From Haliotis cracherodii (taxonomy: Eukaryota): a stretch of DNA of 64,000 nucleotides. Where the stretch lies: NCBI RefSeq assembly GCF_022045235.1, contig NW_027266275.1, positions 59,148,001 to 59,212,000 of the forward strand. The letters run 5' to 3'. Made by a program: the position numbers and the translations under genes. Every line of letters starts with the position of its first letter. The stretch's first letter is position 1. Below are positions 50,911 to 64,000 of the stretch, piece by piece. The notes beneath the pieces are model-generated. The model was not told the DNA's origin. It was given only the letters and a program-made list of their open reading frames with translations, and did not search any database.

Positions 50911-51574
50911 CTATTTGACAGCGATGTATAAACACATACACATGCTATGGTCTGAATCGTACAATCGACTCTGCTTTTAGCAGAGATTTCCTGTGAATAT
51001 GGAATGTGTTATGTCACTTTTATTTACAGTAAAACCGACTATGTTTGCCGTATAAAGCGACTATACTTGTAAGAGGCGGCTAACGGTATTGGGTGGTCAG
51101 GCTCGCTGACTTGGTTTATGTGTCTCATCGTATCCCTATGGCGTGGACCGATGCTCATGATATCAATCACTGGATTATCTGGTCCAGACTCTATTATTTA
51201 CAGACTACTGTCATTTACTGGAATATTGGTGTGTGCGACGTTAAACAACAAACAAAAAACTCCCTGTTGCTGTGGCAACGTCTGTTTCGGGATCCAGATC
51301 AACTGATCTACCTATTTAAAGAAAACAGGACCCTTCACCCACGATTATCCTGTGTGTCAAATCTTCATTGCATTAAGATATATTAATATATATATACAGT
51401 TATAGGATGGAAATGTAATACATTAGATAATGAAGGATGTCTTTTTCTACCTATGAGTTGCCTGCTTTTGCACTGAGGCCATGCTCATACCACATTTTTA
51501 TTTGTGCATCAGCATTAAAATATAGACTTTTCATGAAGAATGAATTACATAGAGTTGATGGTAGTTTCGAATCC

Positions 51575-51826
51575 CAAATGCTCCGCGATTCGCTGTACAG
51601 AGTTGCGTCACTTGGGCACGCCAGAAACCTATGATTGGGGTTCGAATCCTGGTTCGCCTCGATTATGTTTCTAGGTTTGTCAGCACCATACCCGTGCTTG
51701 TGGGTTTCACCGAAGTGGTAAACGTCTGAGACCTGCATCACGTCGGGCTTACCTCCCACATTAAGCTAACACGCCGTGATATAACTTGAATACTGTTAAA
51801 AGCGGCGTTAAACCCAACTCACTCAC
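51575..51826 (+). mobile_element. tRNA-derived SINE (1296 family), 5'-truncated
   Basis: Near-identical reverse complement of 1300-1555. Confidence 0.85.
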
Positions 51827-52245
51827 ACGAATCCCTAATTCGCCCTTATTTTGATTCAAAGTTACAGCGATAAAACGTCCATTTTAGGCTTTCGTCCCAC
51901 ACGCCATGATATAACTGATGCTTTAAACCTCACTCACTCACTCACTCACTCACACACTCATCTGCGATGACGGCCTCTTCATCAGTTCCAATAAGTAAAG
52001 TTAAACCCCAATAGATAATGTTTGCTTCATACGTTTCACAAATAAAACCATGCACCTAGTATTTGTGTAACCAAACCCAGTTCTAATCAACCACTCGAAC
52101 AACTCCACCTCTTGCACTGAGATATAGGTGAGGCCATGTGACACATTCCCATTAATTTATCAGTAAAAACCAGGTATCTGGACATATGTATTAAACGGAC
52201 AGACACGTTCAAAGGTTATTCTCCAAAGACATTCATTGGAGAAAC

Positions 52246-55200
52246 ATGTTAAGGGTTGTCCTCGTCCTGTGTTTGGGGTACTCCTTTGCTGTGCCTATTG
52301 GGCAGGTATGCGGGGGCATCTACTTTTTATCTGCATTACTATTTTAGTACTTTTCGGCGTATTTTATTATACAGGCAGTGATGTGCTTTATTGTCAATAG
52401 AAACCATAAAATGTGTTTACGATGGTAACTTGGTTCGCTCATCTGATAGCATATGGTTCCTTGCAACCGATGTTTGTTTTGAGAGGGGACTTCAGGGATC
52501 GGTAGGTCATAATTGTTGACTTGGTTGATTGTGTGACTTCGTACCCTGGCAGAGTGGGACGTTTCTCTTAATGCAGTGTTTATTCAAAAACATGCACAAT
52601 ATCATTCATGAATTCAAGGATTGTTTAATTGTATTTTGCTGTTTGTTAAGGAATTATGATTTAGAGTTGTGAAAATACTATGACGATAATACGTTTGGAA
52701 TCAGAGTTACTACAATCGTTTTGTGGAACGAGCAAGGAACGTGTACGCTAATTTAACTCACGAAAATGTTATTAATATGTCGGAGTTATATTTTAAAGTT
52801 TTTCAAAGAAAAAACACGTACGTATATCTTATTTGTATCCCGCTATAATTATGTTTATCTTTTTACCACCAGGCCCCAGTATTCGATCGTAAGTATGAGT
52901 AATAAACAACACAATGAACAAATATCATTTATACATCTTTTGCATAATTTACTGGCAAAAATAAATGTATGTATTCTTTCAAAATCAATTCAAAAGCCGT
53001 AATGCCTTCACAATAACTTAAACGGCGAATAATAACTAAAATTAATGAAAGAGGAAAAATATGGAACATATGAAACACATACCTTTATTCCTCATGATGA
53101 TCAAGTTTTATCTGAATATTGTGATATTGTTTATATTTTCTTATAGCGGCATATCCTGAGGAAAACCCTGGTGAGTTATGATTAAACATTAAACGATATG
53201 ATTTAACACGGTAATGTAATTTAACACCTACATGTAGGTGATATATGTACCACTTATTGATTGTTTGGATATCACCAAAGTGGTGTATGTCTGAGAAGTT
53301 CGGCCGTTCCTCACACGCTGTGATAAAACGGAAATACTGTACAAAGCGGCCCTCAAATACACACACTCACTTTCATTATCCAGGATAATCAGTTGTGTTT
53401 TTGACTCACACCCGTTCTTTAGGCAAGGGAAGATACATGAACTGAATAAAGTCAATGTTGTGGTAACATGTGCACAATCATCCATAGGTCTGAGCACGAG
53501 ATCCCATGTATATGGTAAACCTTATATCTTCCCCCACACAGGTCTCTTTGAGGGTGACATCATTCTTCATCCGGGTCAAAACCCTAAGGTAACCATTCAT
53601 CTGTTCTTTACTGTATCACTGTCAAATTAGTTGAATAAAACAGTTTTCAATTAAATGACTCATTATTTGAACAAGAAATTCTCACAGCTTAAAGTAAATC
53701 ATCCCCAAACTGAATTCAACATATTTTTCCTTTGAAGAACCGAAATGCTCAAAGGAACAGGAATTATAGATGGCCGAACGGCGTCATCCCCTACGTCATA
53801 GACACCAACCATTTCAGTGAGTACTGTTTGCAGTATACCAAAGCTGTAGCATGACGAGTTAGAACGTCAGCTTAAAATTGAGAACTTTGAATGAAAATTT
53901 GTTTAACTTATAAAATCTGTTATTTGACCTTTTTTTTATTTTCTATGTCTGTATTCAACTAAATTTAGACAATATTTAAAAAAAATGGATTTTACTATCA
54001 TGGACATCTTTACTACACAGATTTTGTAACTTTTTGAAACGCTTTTTCGATTTCTTAGTGAAATGGATTATTGGAGGTTTTTAGAAAGTGTTTCACTTGG
54101 CCATGTCTATACTGTGTATCTAGGCGCCTCTGAGCAGAAGACCATCCATCAGGCCATAACCAACCTACAGGAAAAGACAAAGGTCAATGGTAAAGCCTGC
54201 CTCACGTTCAAACCCCGCACCAACGAGGCCGCCTACATCAGATACCAAGGAGGAAGCGGGTATGTTCATGCTGTTAGTTTATGTACGTTCTAAGTCATCA
54301 ACAAGGATCACACCCTTTGCTCCCCAGAATACAGTGGCCATAGATTTCTTCACTGATCTTGAAGACTTGAATTTCTTTTTTGAACTGGAATGGTGCCATT
54401 CAATGGATTGACGTTAGTGGTTAACCCATGTTTCATCACCTGTTATCTCTTTTGAATTTGGCGAAATCCTCCTCAATTAGCTCTAATTTTTCTCTGGCAA
54501 TGTTGTTTTTTCCCGCCTTAAGATACAAATTCAGAAACTTTGGCACCCAAAAAGCAGATATCTTATTCATCTGTAAATGTTAATGAATAATAGTTTCAAT
54601 GGATCCATGGATTAGACCTGTGTCTTCCTTAAATTCAGCAATGATAATACCTCTATCTGACAGTATAAGTTTTTTTAATTTCCTTGATTGAATCTTGATT
54701 GAAGACAAAGGACGTCCAGACCTAGGGTCATCATCAAGGCTTGTTCTCCCAACCTTAAACAAAGCTGCCCAATATTTAACAGTAGAATAATAGCTAGGGC
54801 ATATATCCCCATACACTTGTGATATGCGGTCATGAATTTCTTGGGGAGTACTATTCTTTTAAGTCAAAGACTTGATGACTGCTCAGTACCCGTTCCTTTT
54901 CATTTCTGTGTCCATTTGAACCCCTATCACGTTCAACAGGCTGTCACTAATATACAAACGGGTCAAAAGACCAAATGCACTTGCAATGAACTACCCAAAC
55001 AATGTACTACATTGACTAGTTCACTTTCTTATGGTCCACAGTTGAAAGTTAGTCGGGCTAAGAACGTGCTAATGATATAACCTATCCTCTCTCAGTCAGT
55101 GTGAAACAAAATGAAACAACAGAGTCTTTCAATCTCATTGATGAGGCCGAAACAGACGTTCCCACACCGACTGAGAGTTTTTTGTTTGTTGTTTAACGGC

Positions 55201-57622
55201 GCACTTGTCAATATTACAGCTATATGAGAGCGGTCTGTAAATAATCGAATCTTGACCAGACAATCAAGTGATTGACATCCTGAGCATCGATCCACTTTAA
55301 TTGGGATACGATGAACTACATGAAGTCAGCGAGCCTGACCACCCGATCCCGTTAGTCGCCTCTTACGACAAGCAAAGTCGCCTTTTACGGCAAGCATGGG
55401 TTGCCGAAGACCTATTCTACTCCGGATCTTCACGGGTCCCAACTGAGAGAGGATAGGTGATATCAGACATCTTTCCTTAAGGGAAAAGGCAAAAAACACA
55501 AACCCAAACCCCCCAAAACAAACAAACCAAAAACACCCCAAAAAACAATCAAGCGTGCCGGGAAACACGTGCCGGGTTGATGACAACCAGTAAAGCTCGA
55601 ACTGAACAGGCTTTCACTGGTCCTTGAAACTCAGCAAGTGTATGAACAGCCAAATCGTAATCGTCGTAAATACCTGTACTATACTAAAAGTCTGAAGCTT
55701 TTACGACATGCATCAAGTTGTCTACAGTGACACGTCAGAAGTTAGTGATTATGAATTATAACGCCAGAGAATAATCAGTGTCCACCATCTGCCTAAAAAG
55801 ATTCTTTTGGCGTAAAATGCAAAAGGAAAATAGCGACGAAAGGTATGAATGGACGAAAGTTATGAACGGAACACTGTAAATCAGTGATGACACCAGTAGT
55901 TCACGAAAAGGGTAAGTGTGTCTTGCTCTACCGGTAGCACCAGCCACACATTTGCATGAAAAAGTAAATGGCAGTACTCTACCGTACGCCGGCGGCCTGT
56001 GAAACGAGTCTTGACAGACAATCCAGTGACACGATAGCACAGTTACTGAGTTTGTTGAAACTAGAAACGATACGTTAATTTTGAATTACTGTTAAAAATG
56101 GCATTAAATTCACGCACCCTATGCTGGTATTAGCTCCATCTCTGTTGTGTTGTTGCAAAGATATGATCGTTGTTGTAGGTGTCACACACCAGTTGGCTAT
56201 CACCACACTGTGTCCGGTGTCACCCTTGGAGTTGGGTGTGGCAGAATCGGCACCATCATGCACGAGACAATGCACGCCCTGGGCTTCTGGCACGAGCAGA
56301 GCCGTCCCGATAGAGACAACTACGTCACCATTGACTTTAGCAACATCCAGAGAGGTATATCATGAGTGAACAGAAATTAAAAAATGCAGTTATTGTCTTA
56401 AAGTTATTTTTTAGTAAGTAACCCCCGAAAAGTGAGCTGAGTTATCAACAATAATTCACTCGATCTGAAAGTTCAGCTTATCATAAAGTAACATATTTCT
56501 CTACGATAATGGTTTCCGGTCTCTTGTTTCAATGACGGTGATGTTGCAGGGCACGAACGCAACTTCGACAAGTACACCACCACACAGGTTGACACTCTTG
56601 GACTCCAGTACGACTACGAGTCCGTCATGCACTACAACGCCTACAGCTTCGCCGTCGACCGTAGGAAGCCAACCATTATTGTCAAGCAGAAGGGAGCAGT
56701 CATTGGACAGAGAACTCACCTGAGTCCTTTTGACATCAAGGAGATCCAGATGTACTATGGTTGTTTGGCTTCCCAGGGCTCCCTCAACACGCCAGCTCGT
56801 AAGTCAACTAAAAACTTCAGCATAAAGGATAGTTATTCCTATAAATGTAAATCACGTTAAACTGAGGAGCGCTACTTGTAGTTGTGTTACTTATTTATGT
56901 ATTTCCACCATACAAAAATGAAATGATTATTCGATGGTGATGTATTTGATACGGGTATTATAGGCGATATTCCATGTATCATATCATTGAGCATATGGGA
57001 CTCGAGGTAACATGAACATGACGTCTTTAGGAACACGGGGGTCGCAATTTCACAGTACACGGTAATGAGCAGAGTGAAGCAGGTATTAGTTAAACTTTCT
57101 TGTGTTATTTCTACCTCTTAGAAACGGTAACAGCGTTAACTGAAAATTCTTTATTTTGATAATTGCTTTGTTGATTGTTGACATTGTACTGTAGAAATAA
57201 ACATTACCAACTTTTCATTGTGGTCAAATAAAATGTGTTTCAGCTGCAACTCTGTCACCTGTCCAAGGTAAGTAACGTTAACATCTTCATCTTTAAACAC
57301 TTTTATTCAGGGATAAGGTCGTGATAGTGCCTTTTGTTCATGTGCTTCTTAGTTTTGTACTGTAAAAAAATCACATTATAAATCCCAACAATAAACATCA
57401 AGCAGATTGTATGAAAAAAGACATTTGTCTCAGCACATATCCCTGAACCCTTTTCTCTGTTTGTAATTAGCTGCTGAAACCTGTACCTTCCAATCCGATT
57501 TCTGCACATGGAGCAACGTTGGAGGAGACACCATGGACTGGCTCCGTCACAGGGGCCAAACCCCCAGTATAGGGACTGGTCCCACCTCCGACCACTCGGG
57601 ATCATCAACAGGTCAGTCTGTG

Positions 57623-57680
<58 letters not shown>

Positions 57681-58528
57681 TCCATTCAGGTCTTTCTTAA
57701 ATACCTTAAAATAATGATGTGTTTCAATGACAAGGTTTACTGAGGAATACGCTAATAATAATATTAATATAATAATAATGATAATGTTAATAATAATAAT
57801 ATTAATAATATGTTTTTAATATTAGGTATATCAATAAAAGAGTGACCTTCCATCCAAGCATTTCTTAAATACTTAAAACACACACACTTTATTTCATGTT
57901 TTTATTTTGTAAATAGCAGTAATGTTTAAATTTTGCCTTGAAAAGGTTACTACGCCTACCTTGAAGCATCAGGACACACCAGACAGAAGGGATACCTGCT
58001 GTCTCGCCTCTTGCCCGCGGGACACTACTGTTTTAGCATGTACTACTACATGAGCGGCCAAGATGAAGGTAGCCTTAAAGTCGAGGCTGTTTCGTCAGGC
58101 AACACAAGGAAAGTTATTCATACCATTACTGGTAACCAGGGCAACACGTGGCATCAGTACCTCGTTAACATCAATCTGAACGGAGCCAACTTTCACGTAA
58201 GAATTCATTATTGAAATAAAAATACAGATGCAGTTCCGGTACAGTTGATCATTTATCATCCGAACTGAGACCATTGCTCAATATCTTTATCGGTTTTATT
58301 TTTTCCAAGTTTATTGACAGTTTGCCGTAAGATATGTATTTGTTTTAAATTGCCTATAGTTTCTCAGAAAAAAATCCACATCAGATTGACATTCTGTATA
58401 ATGAATTTTTGTTGTATCTTCAGCTCGAAATCGAAGGTGACGTCGGAAATAACTACAGAAGCGACATTGCCATCGATGACATCACAATCCATAGCGGTGA
58501 CTGTTCAACTCTTCCCGCTGCCGGTTAG
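52246..58528 (+). CDS. Secreted astacin-family (M12A) zinc metalloprotease with C-terminal MAM domain (meprin-like), 435 aa; exons 52246-52305, 52873-52888, 53147-53170, 53542-53588, 53738-53816, 54124-54259, 56179-56354, 56550-56798, 57244-57267, 57471-57611, 57946-58196, 58424-58528
   Basis: Signal peptide, prodomain [20 protein letters not shown], zinc motif [19 protein letters not shown], Met-turn SVMHY, MAM motifs ([25 protein letters not shown]). All phases consistent; AATAAA at 58584-58589. Confidence 0.92.
54300..55080 (-). mobile_element. Decayed mariner-type transposon in astacin intron 6
   Basis: [27 protein letters not shown]...ILSDRGI...GSIETIIH resembles a mariner HTH region; the frame is broken and boundaries are approximate. 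Confidence 0.7.
55183..55440 (-). mobile_element. Best-preserved copy of the ~260-bp GACCCGTGAAGATCC element
   Basis: 5' end GACCCGTGAAGATCCGGAGTAGAATAGGTCTTC; duplicated TGCTTGYCGTAARAGGCGAC hairpin; (CAAA)n tail. Confidence 0.8.
57623..57680. repeat. (TAC)n microsatellite directly after an astacin exon donor
   Basis: Read directly from the sequence. Confidence 0.95.
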
Positions 58529-58728
58529 AGGGCCGTGGAAGCAGGATTCATCGACATCTAAAATATAGCAACAACATCAAGCCAATAAACATATCGAACT
58601 TTTGATACGGAGTTGTCATTGGTTATTAAGTTAGAACAATGATCTGTCTTCAAATATAAACCATAGCCATCGGTTCATAAAAGAGTAACGACATGGGTGG
58701 CCGAGTCGTTTTGGTGCCGCATTTTGCC

Positions 58729-58990
58729 GACACGTGAAGATCTGGGGTAGGATAGGTCTTCAGCAACCGATGCTTGCCGTAAAAGGCGAGTCTGCTCGTC
58801 GTAAGTGGCGACTAACGGGATCAGGTGGTAAGGCTTGCTGACTTGGTTGATGATACATGCCGTGTATCCCGATTGCGTGGATCTATTCTCATGATGTCAA
58901 TCTCTAGATTGTCTGGTCCAGACTCGATTATTCATAGATCGCCGTCATATAGCTGGAATATTGGCGAGTGCGGCGTTAAACAACAGACAA
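58729..58990 (+). mobile_element. GACCCGTGAAGATCC-family element
   Basis: Full-length homolog of 55183-55440. Confidence 0.8.
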
Positions 58991-59235
58991 ATAAAAAATC
59001 CATTATCTGTCCTCTCCCTCTAATTCCGCCCTCCCATGTCAAACGAGGTATTCGTCCTTTTTTCCAGCCCTGTATTTCTCAAGCCCTTATTTTCTCTCTT
59101 TTGGGAACAAATGCAGAGCCAAGGTTGGTCATTAATCACCAGCTTTCACCATGTTGGCAAGCTCAGAGCTGAACTTCAAACATCACAATCTCTGCTCAGA
59201 TCCGAGGAAAATTCCTGTAACTGGAGGATTTAATA

Positions 59236-60688
59236 TACTCTTCAATAAAAAAAAGAAACGTAAAGCCAGAATTGTGTGTAGAAAAATACATATATACGAG
59301 GAAACGCACAAGGTATTGAGACAAAATGTTGTGGAGAGAACACATGGTGATTGTAGTCATCTTAGTTATCGGTAAATGTCCAAGGTAAAGGTCAGCTACC
59401 GACAATAACGCAATTGGCCCCCGTTGACATCTCCTGTCCATGGAAGAGACGAGTATGCGAATCACATCGTTGGGAATGGTAGCCCTCTCAACCAGCAACG
59501 CAAATCCAAACTGCTGCAACGTCTGAGGTTGTGGTTGACGTCGGCGAAGCCGTCTATTCAAAATTATCCCACAGGTGCTCTATCGGGTTGAAATCTGGGG
59601 ATCTGGAGGGCCAGGGGAGAACATCAACGTTGTTGTTGTGTAGACAGGCTCTTATGATCCGTGCTGTATGCGATCGAGCGTTGTCCTGCTGGAATACACC
59701 GTTGCCGTTGGCTGCAATTGGGATGACGTGTGGTAGGAGAATTTCGTTAATGTATCGTTGGTCGTAAGATTGCCCTGAATATGGACCAAACATGTAATGA
59801 TGTAATGCAATGATGAGAGACAGCCGCCCACATCATAACACTACCCCAACCAAACCTGTCCACTTGTACGCAGTTTCCGACGTAACGTTCTCGCCGACGT
59901 CTGTAGACCTGTGCTTTTCCATCTCCTCCACGGAGAAGAAATCTTGATTCGTCGCTGAACCAGACATCTCTCCATCGCAGTTGAGGCCATACCCTGTGTT
60001 GACGACACCAATGTAGTCGTTGTTGACGATGTTGTCTACTCAATATGACGCGTCGAACAGGACGTTTTGCTCGTAAACCTGCTGCTCTTAAACGGTTTCG
60101 TACGGTCTGGTCGGAGATTCTGCGCAGTCCGGGTATTTAGGATGCGGTTGAAGTGACTGTGGTCGTTCTTTCACGTAGGTGGCGCAGTCGGATGTAACGA
60201 TCTTGGGCGGGGATCGTCATCCCGACCTTGGCCGATCACGTGTTGACCCATGCTGTTTAAACCAATCCCATAGCCTTGTGATGGTGCTGGGCGCGTCATT
60301 AAAAACCCTGGCTACAGCTGATCGGGATTCCCCTACCTGAAAGCGGCCTATGACGTTTCTTCTGACGCACTTCTGTTAATCTTGGCATGTTGTTGAACTG
60401 CCACTGTTCGATTAACGCAGATGCCAGGCAATAAAAAACCTGTACTTTAATACCGTTCAAAGTGCTGCTGCACGTGCAGTGCGTGCAGCTCCAAGGCCCT
60501 TTTGTTAAATACACTGGGTGCGTTATTCCGAATCCTACGTGTTTCCCGACTAATGGTTTGCATGTCCTTGTTGCGATCATTTTGATCCGAGAAATATATC
60601 ACTGACACTATAACATATTAAACCTCTTCATTTTGCGCCTCTTTTATTGCCAAAAATATCCGTAATTCGTTTCTTTTTTTGAAGAGTA
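59236..60688 (-). mobile_element. Full-length but pseudogenised Tc1 transposon (transposase ~60388 to ~59400)
   Basis: TIRs TACTCTTCAA...AAAAAGAAACG at both ends with flanking TA. MPRLTEV, WFSDESRF, FQQDNARSH and WPSRSPDFNPIEHLW lie in several frames. Confidence 0.9.
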
Positions 60689-61247
60689 TATATTGGAAAA
60701 CTGTCGGGGAGCAAAAGCATGAGAACTTTAATGAGTTGGGTTTACGCCGCTTTTAACAATATTCTAGCTCCTGAAATGGGCTTCACATATTGTACCCATT
60801 TGGGGAATCGAACTCAGGCCTTTGGCGAGAGAACGCTGAAGCCATAATTATACCTTTACTGTCCAGGCCCCGTGAAGATCCGGGTTAGAATTAATCTACA
60901 GCTATCTGTGCTTGTAGTAAGAGGTGAATAACGGGATCGGATGGTCAGGCTGGTTATATGGTTATATGGTCAGTCAGACTATGTACACACATCACATCCC
61001 AGAGACGTGATGACTGCTCTACCGGACAGTGGTTTCGAAGTTGTACACATCTACAACCTGTGACTTATGTTTTCCATCTCTCAATAAAATAACCTAAACT
61101 CAGTTCTTATCAAGCACACCAACAAACTCGGCTTCTTACACCGACTGCGAGATATCTATGAGACCATGTGACACATTCCCATTATTATGTCAGCAAAAAT
61201 CTGGAATGTGGACATATTTATATAACTCTGACTTCTATCGAAGAGAC

Positions 61248-64000
61248 ATGTTGAGGGTTCTCTTGGCTTTGTGTTTGGGGTATACCCTTGCTGTGCCTAT
61301 TGAGCAGGTATTTGGGGACATCTTTCTTTTAATTGCATTTCTGTTTTAGTTCCCTTGGAAAAAGTATTTTCGTAACAACGCATTTTATACGCTTTTTTAT
61401 GTATATGCAGTGCCTTGCCGTGCTGTGCTTATTGATAAGAGAGACTTATCACATCTTTTTTCGAAAAGTTCTGTGAAGTTTAAACATTGATATGGTTAAC
61501 ACATTCGACATGACACAAGGGAAGTGTCGAAAGAAGCGAGTTCGAACGTGTTAGTTCATTCATATTTCCAGGTTAACTCAAACATTTGTGCTTTTAGGAG
61601 TGTATTAGGAAAATACATTTGCAGGGATATGAAGAACCGGGCTTTGTCCGTCACGTTTCGTTTCCAGAACATTATTCATAAACCGTTTAAAATATCTCCA
61701 TCTTTGTAATGCACCTCACGACAAATGAGGGTAGTGTTCATGTTTGGAGCATAACTCACAAACCGTTTCATATTTCTTCATGAAACTTTGTATACACATC
61801 AGGCATGCTCTGAACTAGTGTCCTTTTTATTTCGGGAATGTATGAATTTTTAAATATTTTTTTTCTCGTTTCCAAGAAAACATTTTCAAATAGAAAATAG
61901 GGATCGTTTCAGGAGTATAACTCGTAAACAGTTATTATTACTTTGTGAAACGTTTAAACACATCAGGCAAGCACTGAACTGGGCATTTTGTTAATTAGAA
62001 GGTTTTGATTTTGTATTATTGTATTTGCATTTCAAAGGCAACACATGGAAATGAAGGTATATGAGTAGGGTTCGTGTCGTTGCGTAAATCATAAACTGTA
62101 CATTTTTGTGAAACTAAGTATGTCCTTTAGGTACATGTTGAACTGATGCCTTTTGCTACTTTTTAAAATTGTTTAGATGTTTTTATATATCAGGCAAAAA
62201 CAACATGGACTCAAACGCAGTAGTTCAAAACTCATTGAATGTTTCTTCATGAAATTTGGTAAGCTCAGATATCACGTGGTTCCCTGTAACCGATGCTTGT
62301 TTTGAAAGGTGACTAAATGGATCGGTAGGTCAGAATTGGTGACTTGGTTGATTGTGTGACTTCGTACCCTGGCAGAGTTAAATTAAAGAATAGTTTAATT
62401 TTATTTTGTTATTTTGTTATGGGATTATAATTAAGAGTTTTGAAAATACTATATGTAACATTGCTATCGAATGAATTTTTTTCTATGGAAAAGTGTCATT
62501 ACTAATTCACGTGATTGGAAGGTATAAAAGCATTTTAAAAAATAGGGGATATAATTCGTTGTACTTTCAGTAACCAGTCATAATGTCAAATGTGCTAACA
62601 TTTATAGGATTAACCATTTATGGTATGATGAGATCTATGTCATATCTTGTGTGTCATATTATGCACATATTCATAAGGGCGATATCGATAGTTTCTTTTT
62701 CTTCTTGTAATTGAAACACAATCACAACTTATTTTCAGGAAAGATTGCAGAAATATAGCCTCGATTAGGCTCCCTTTCACAATGCCATAATCGATCTTAT
62801 GACGATCCTACTTTTGTGTTAAAGGAATCAGAGTTACCAAAATCGCTTTCTGGAACAGGTAACAGACGTGTATGCTAATTAACTCACGTCATTAATATGT
62901 CGGAGTCACATTTTAAAGTTTTTCAAATGATTTGAAATACGTTCACACCAAATTAGTAGTAGTCCAAACACAACCGTATATCTTAATTGTATCCTACTAT
63001 AATTATGCTTATCTCTCTTAACCACCAGGCCCCAGCATTCGATCGTAAGTACATTGATGATAATTATATATACAACACAAGGAACAAACATTAATGGGCG
63101 TGTGGCCCAACGTGAAAGGAACAAAATGTATTCACATATTTAGCATAACTTACCAGAAAATCTAAATGTATGTATCTTTATGAAAAACATATCAAAACCC
63201 GTAATGCCTCAGAATAATTTCAACGGGGAATAATAACTAAAATCAATAAAGGGGAAAATATGGAAGTTATGAAACATATAATGTTTATCCTTATTCCACA
63301 TGATGATCAATTTTAAATTGAATATTGTAAACATGTTTATATTTTCTTATAGCGGCATATCCTGAGGAAAACCCTGGTGAGTTATGATTAAACATTAAAC
63401 GATATGATTTTACCCTCTAATGTAATTTAACATTGATATAATGCACCTATTATTGATTGTTTGGATATTACCAAAAGTGGTAAATGTCTAGGAATGTCGG
63501 ACATTTCTGACATGCCCTGATACAACGGAAATACTGTACAAAGTGGTCTTCAAATCCACACATTCACGTACATTATCCAGGATAAACAGCTGTTTTTGAC
63601 CCAAACCCAAGTTCTTTAGGCAATGGAAGATACATGAACTGAATAAAGTCAATGTTGTGGTAACATGCGCACAATCATCCATAGGTCTGAGCACGAGATC
63701 CCATGTATATGGTAAACCTTATATCTTCCCCCACACAGGTCTCTTTGAGGGTGACATCATTCTTCATCCGGGTCAAAACCCTAAGGTAACCATTCATCTG
63801 GCCTTTACTGTATCACTGTCAAATTAGTTGAATAAAACAGTTTTCAATTAAATGACGCATTATTTGAACAAGAAATTCCACACTTTAAAGTAAATCATCC
63901 CCAAACTGAATTCAACATATTTTTCCTTTGAAGAACCGAAATGCTCGAAGGAACAGGAATTATAGATGGCCGAACGGCGTCATCCCCTACGTCATAGACA
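61248..64000 (+). CDS. Second tandem astacin paralog, 5' part only (exons 61248-61307, 63029-63044, 63353-63376, 63739-63785, 63934 to beyond window)
   Basis: [71 protein letters not shown]; same exon sizes as the first copy. Confidence 0.88.
61740..62260. repeat. Degenerate tandem cores related (inverted) to 5540-6185, in intron 1 of astacin copy 2
   Basis: Recurrent ATAACTC...AAAC...GAAAC...TGAACTRGTGCC motifs; absent from intron 1 of copy 1. Confidence 0.5.

Noticed and set aside
55130-55175. Hammerhead-like core TTGATGAGGCCGAAAC...GTT
   Set aside because: The conserved C3 is missing, stem I cannot be formed, and the related sequence at ~51270-51305 lacks the core.
57508-57714. Poly-tyrosine ORF
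   Set aside because: Off-frame read of the MAM exon running into an intronic (TAC)n microsatellite.
62732-62770. Possible extra exon in astacin copy 2 (TTTTCAG|GAAAGATTGCAG)
   Set aside because: No donor before an in-frame TAG, absent from copy 1, and not needed for phase.

Overview
AT-rich, repeat-dense invertebrate genomic DNA. It is probably molluscan, and the interspersed-repeat families look abalone-like (inference). Host genes were rebuilt by hand from GT-AG junctions and reading phase. (1) A triplicated, compact 3-exon gene of unknown function lies on the - strand (1907-3393, 9651-11098, 18761-20203). It encodes 148/120/120-aa proteins, and each copy sits behind a dense CRE/ATF, E-box, FOXO and C/EBP motif cluster; an ARE is present only in copies 2 and 3. 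(2) A 4-exon MZB1/pERp1-like ER protein (24290-29085, +). (3) A 7-exon renalase (37261-46451, -), whose last intron ends in a 1.4-kb minisatellite built from copies of its own splice-acceptor junction. (4) A 12-exon astacin+MAM metalloprotease with micro-exons (52246-58528, +), plus the 5' part of a tandem paralog (61248 to window end). Mobile DNA includes four decayed Tc1 elements, a mariner remnant and several tRNA-derived SINE families. There is also a pearl/Helentron-type element with 156-bp cores, long-TIR MITEs, a Penelope-like fragment and a tRNA-less ~260-bp element with a predicted 5' pseudoknot. A complete 428-bp miniature LTR retrotransposon carries a tRNA-Arg-derived segment in both LTRs. 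No CRISPR, rRNA or genuine tRNA genes were found. The best candidate for something undescribed is the triplicated, apparently stress-inducible small gene; the tRNA-LTR TRIM and the splice-site minisatellite are the most unusual non-coding structures.
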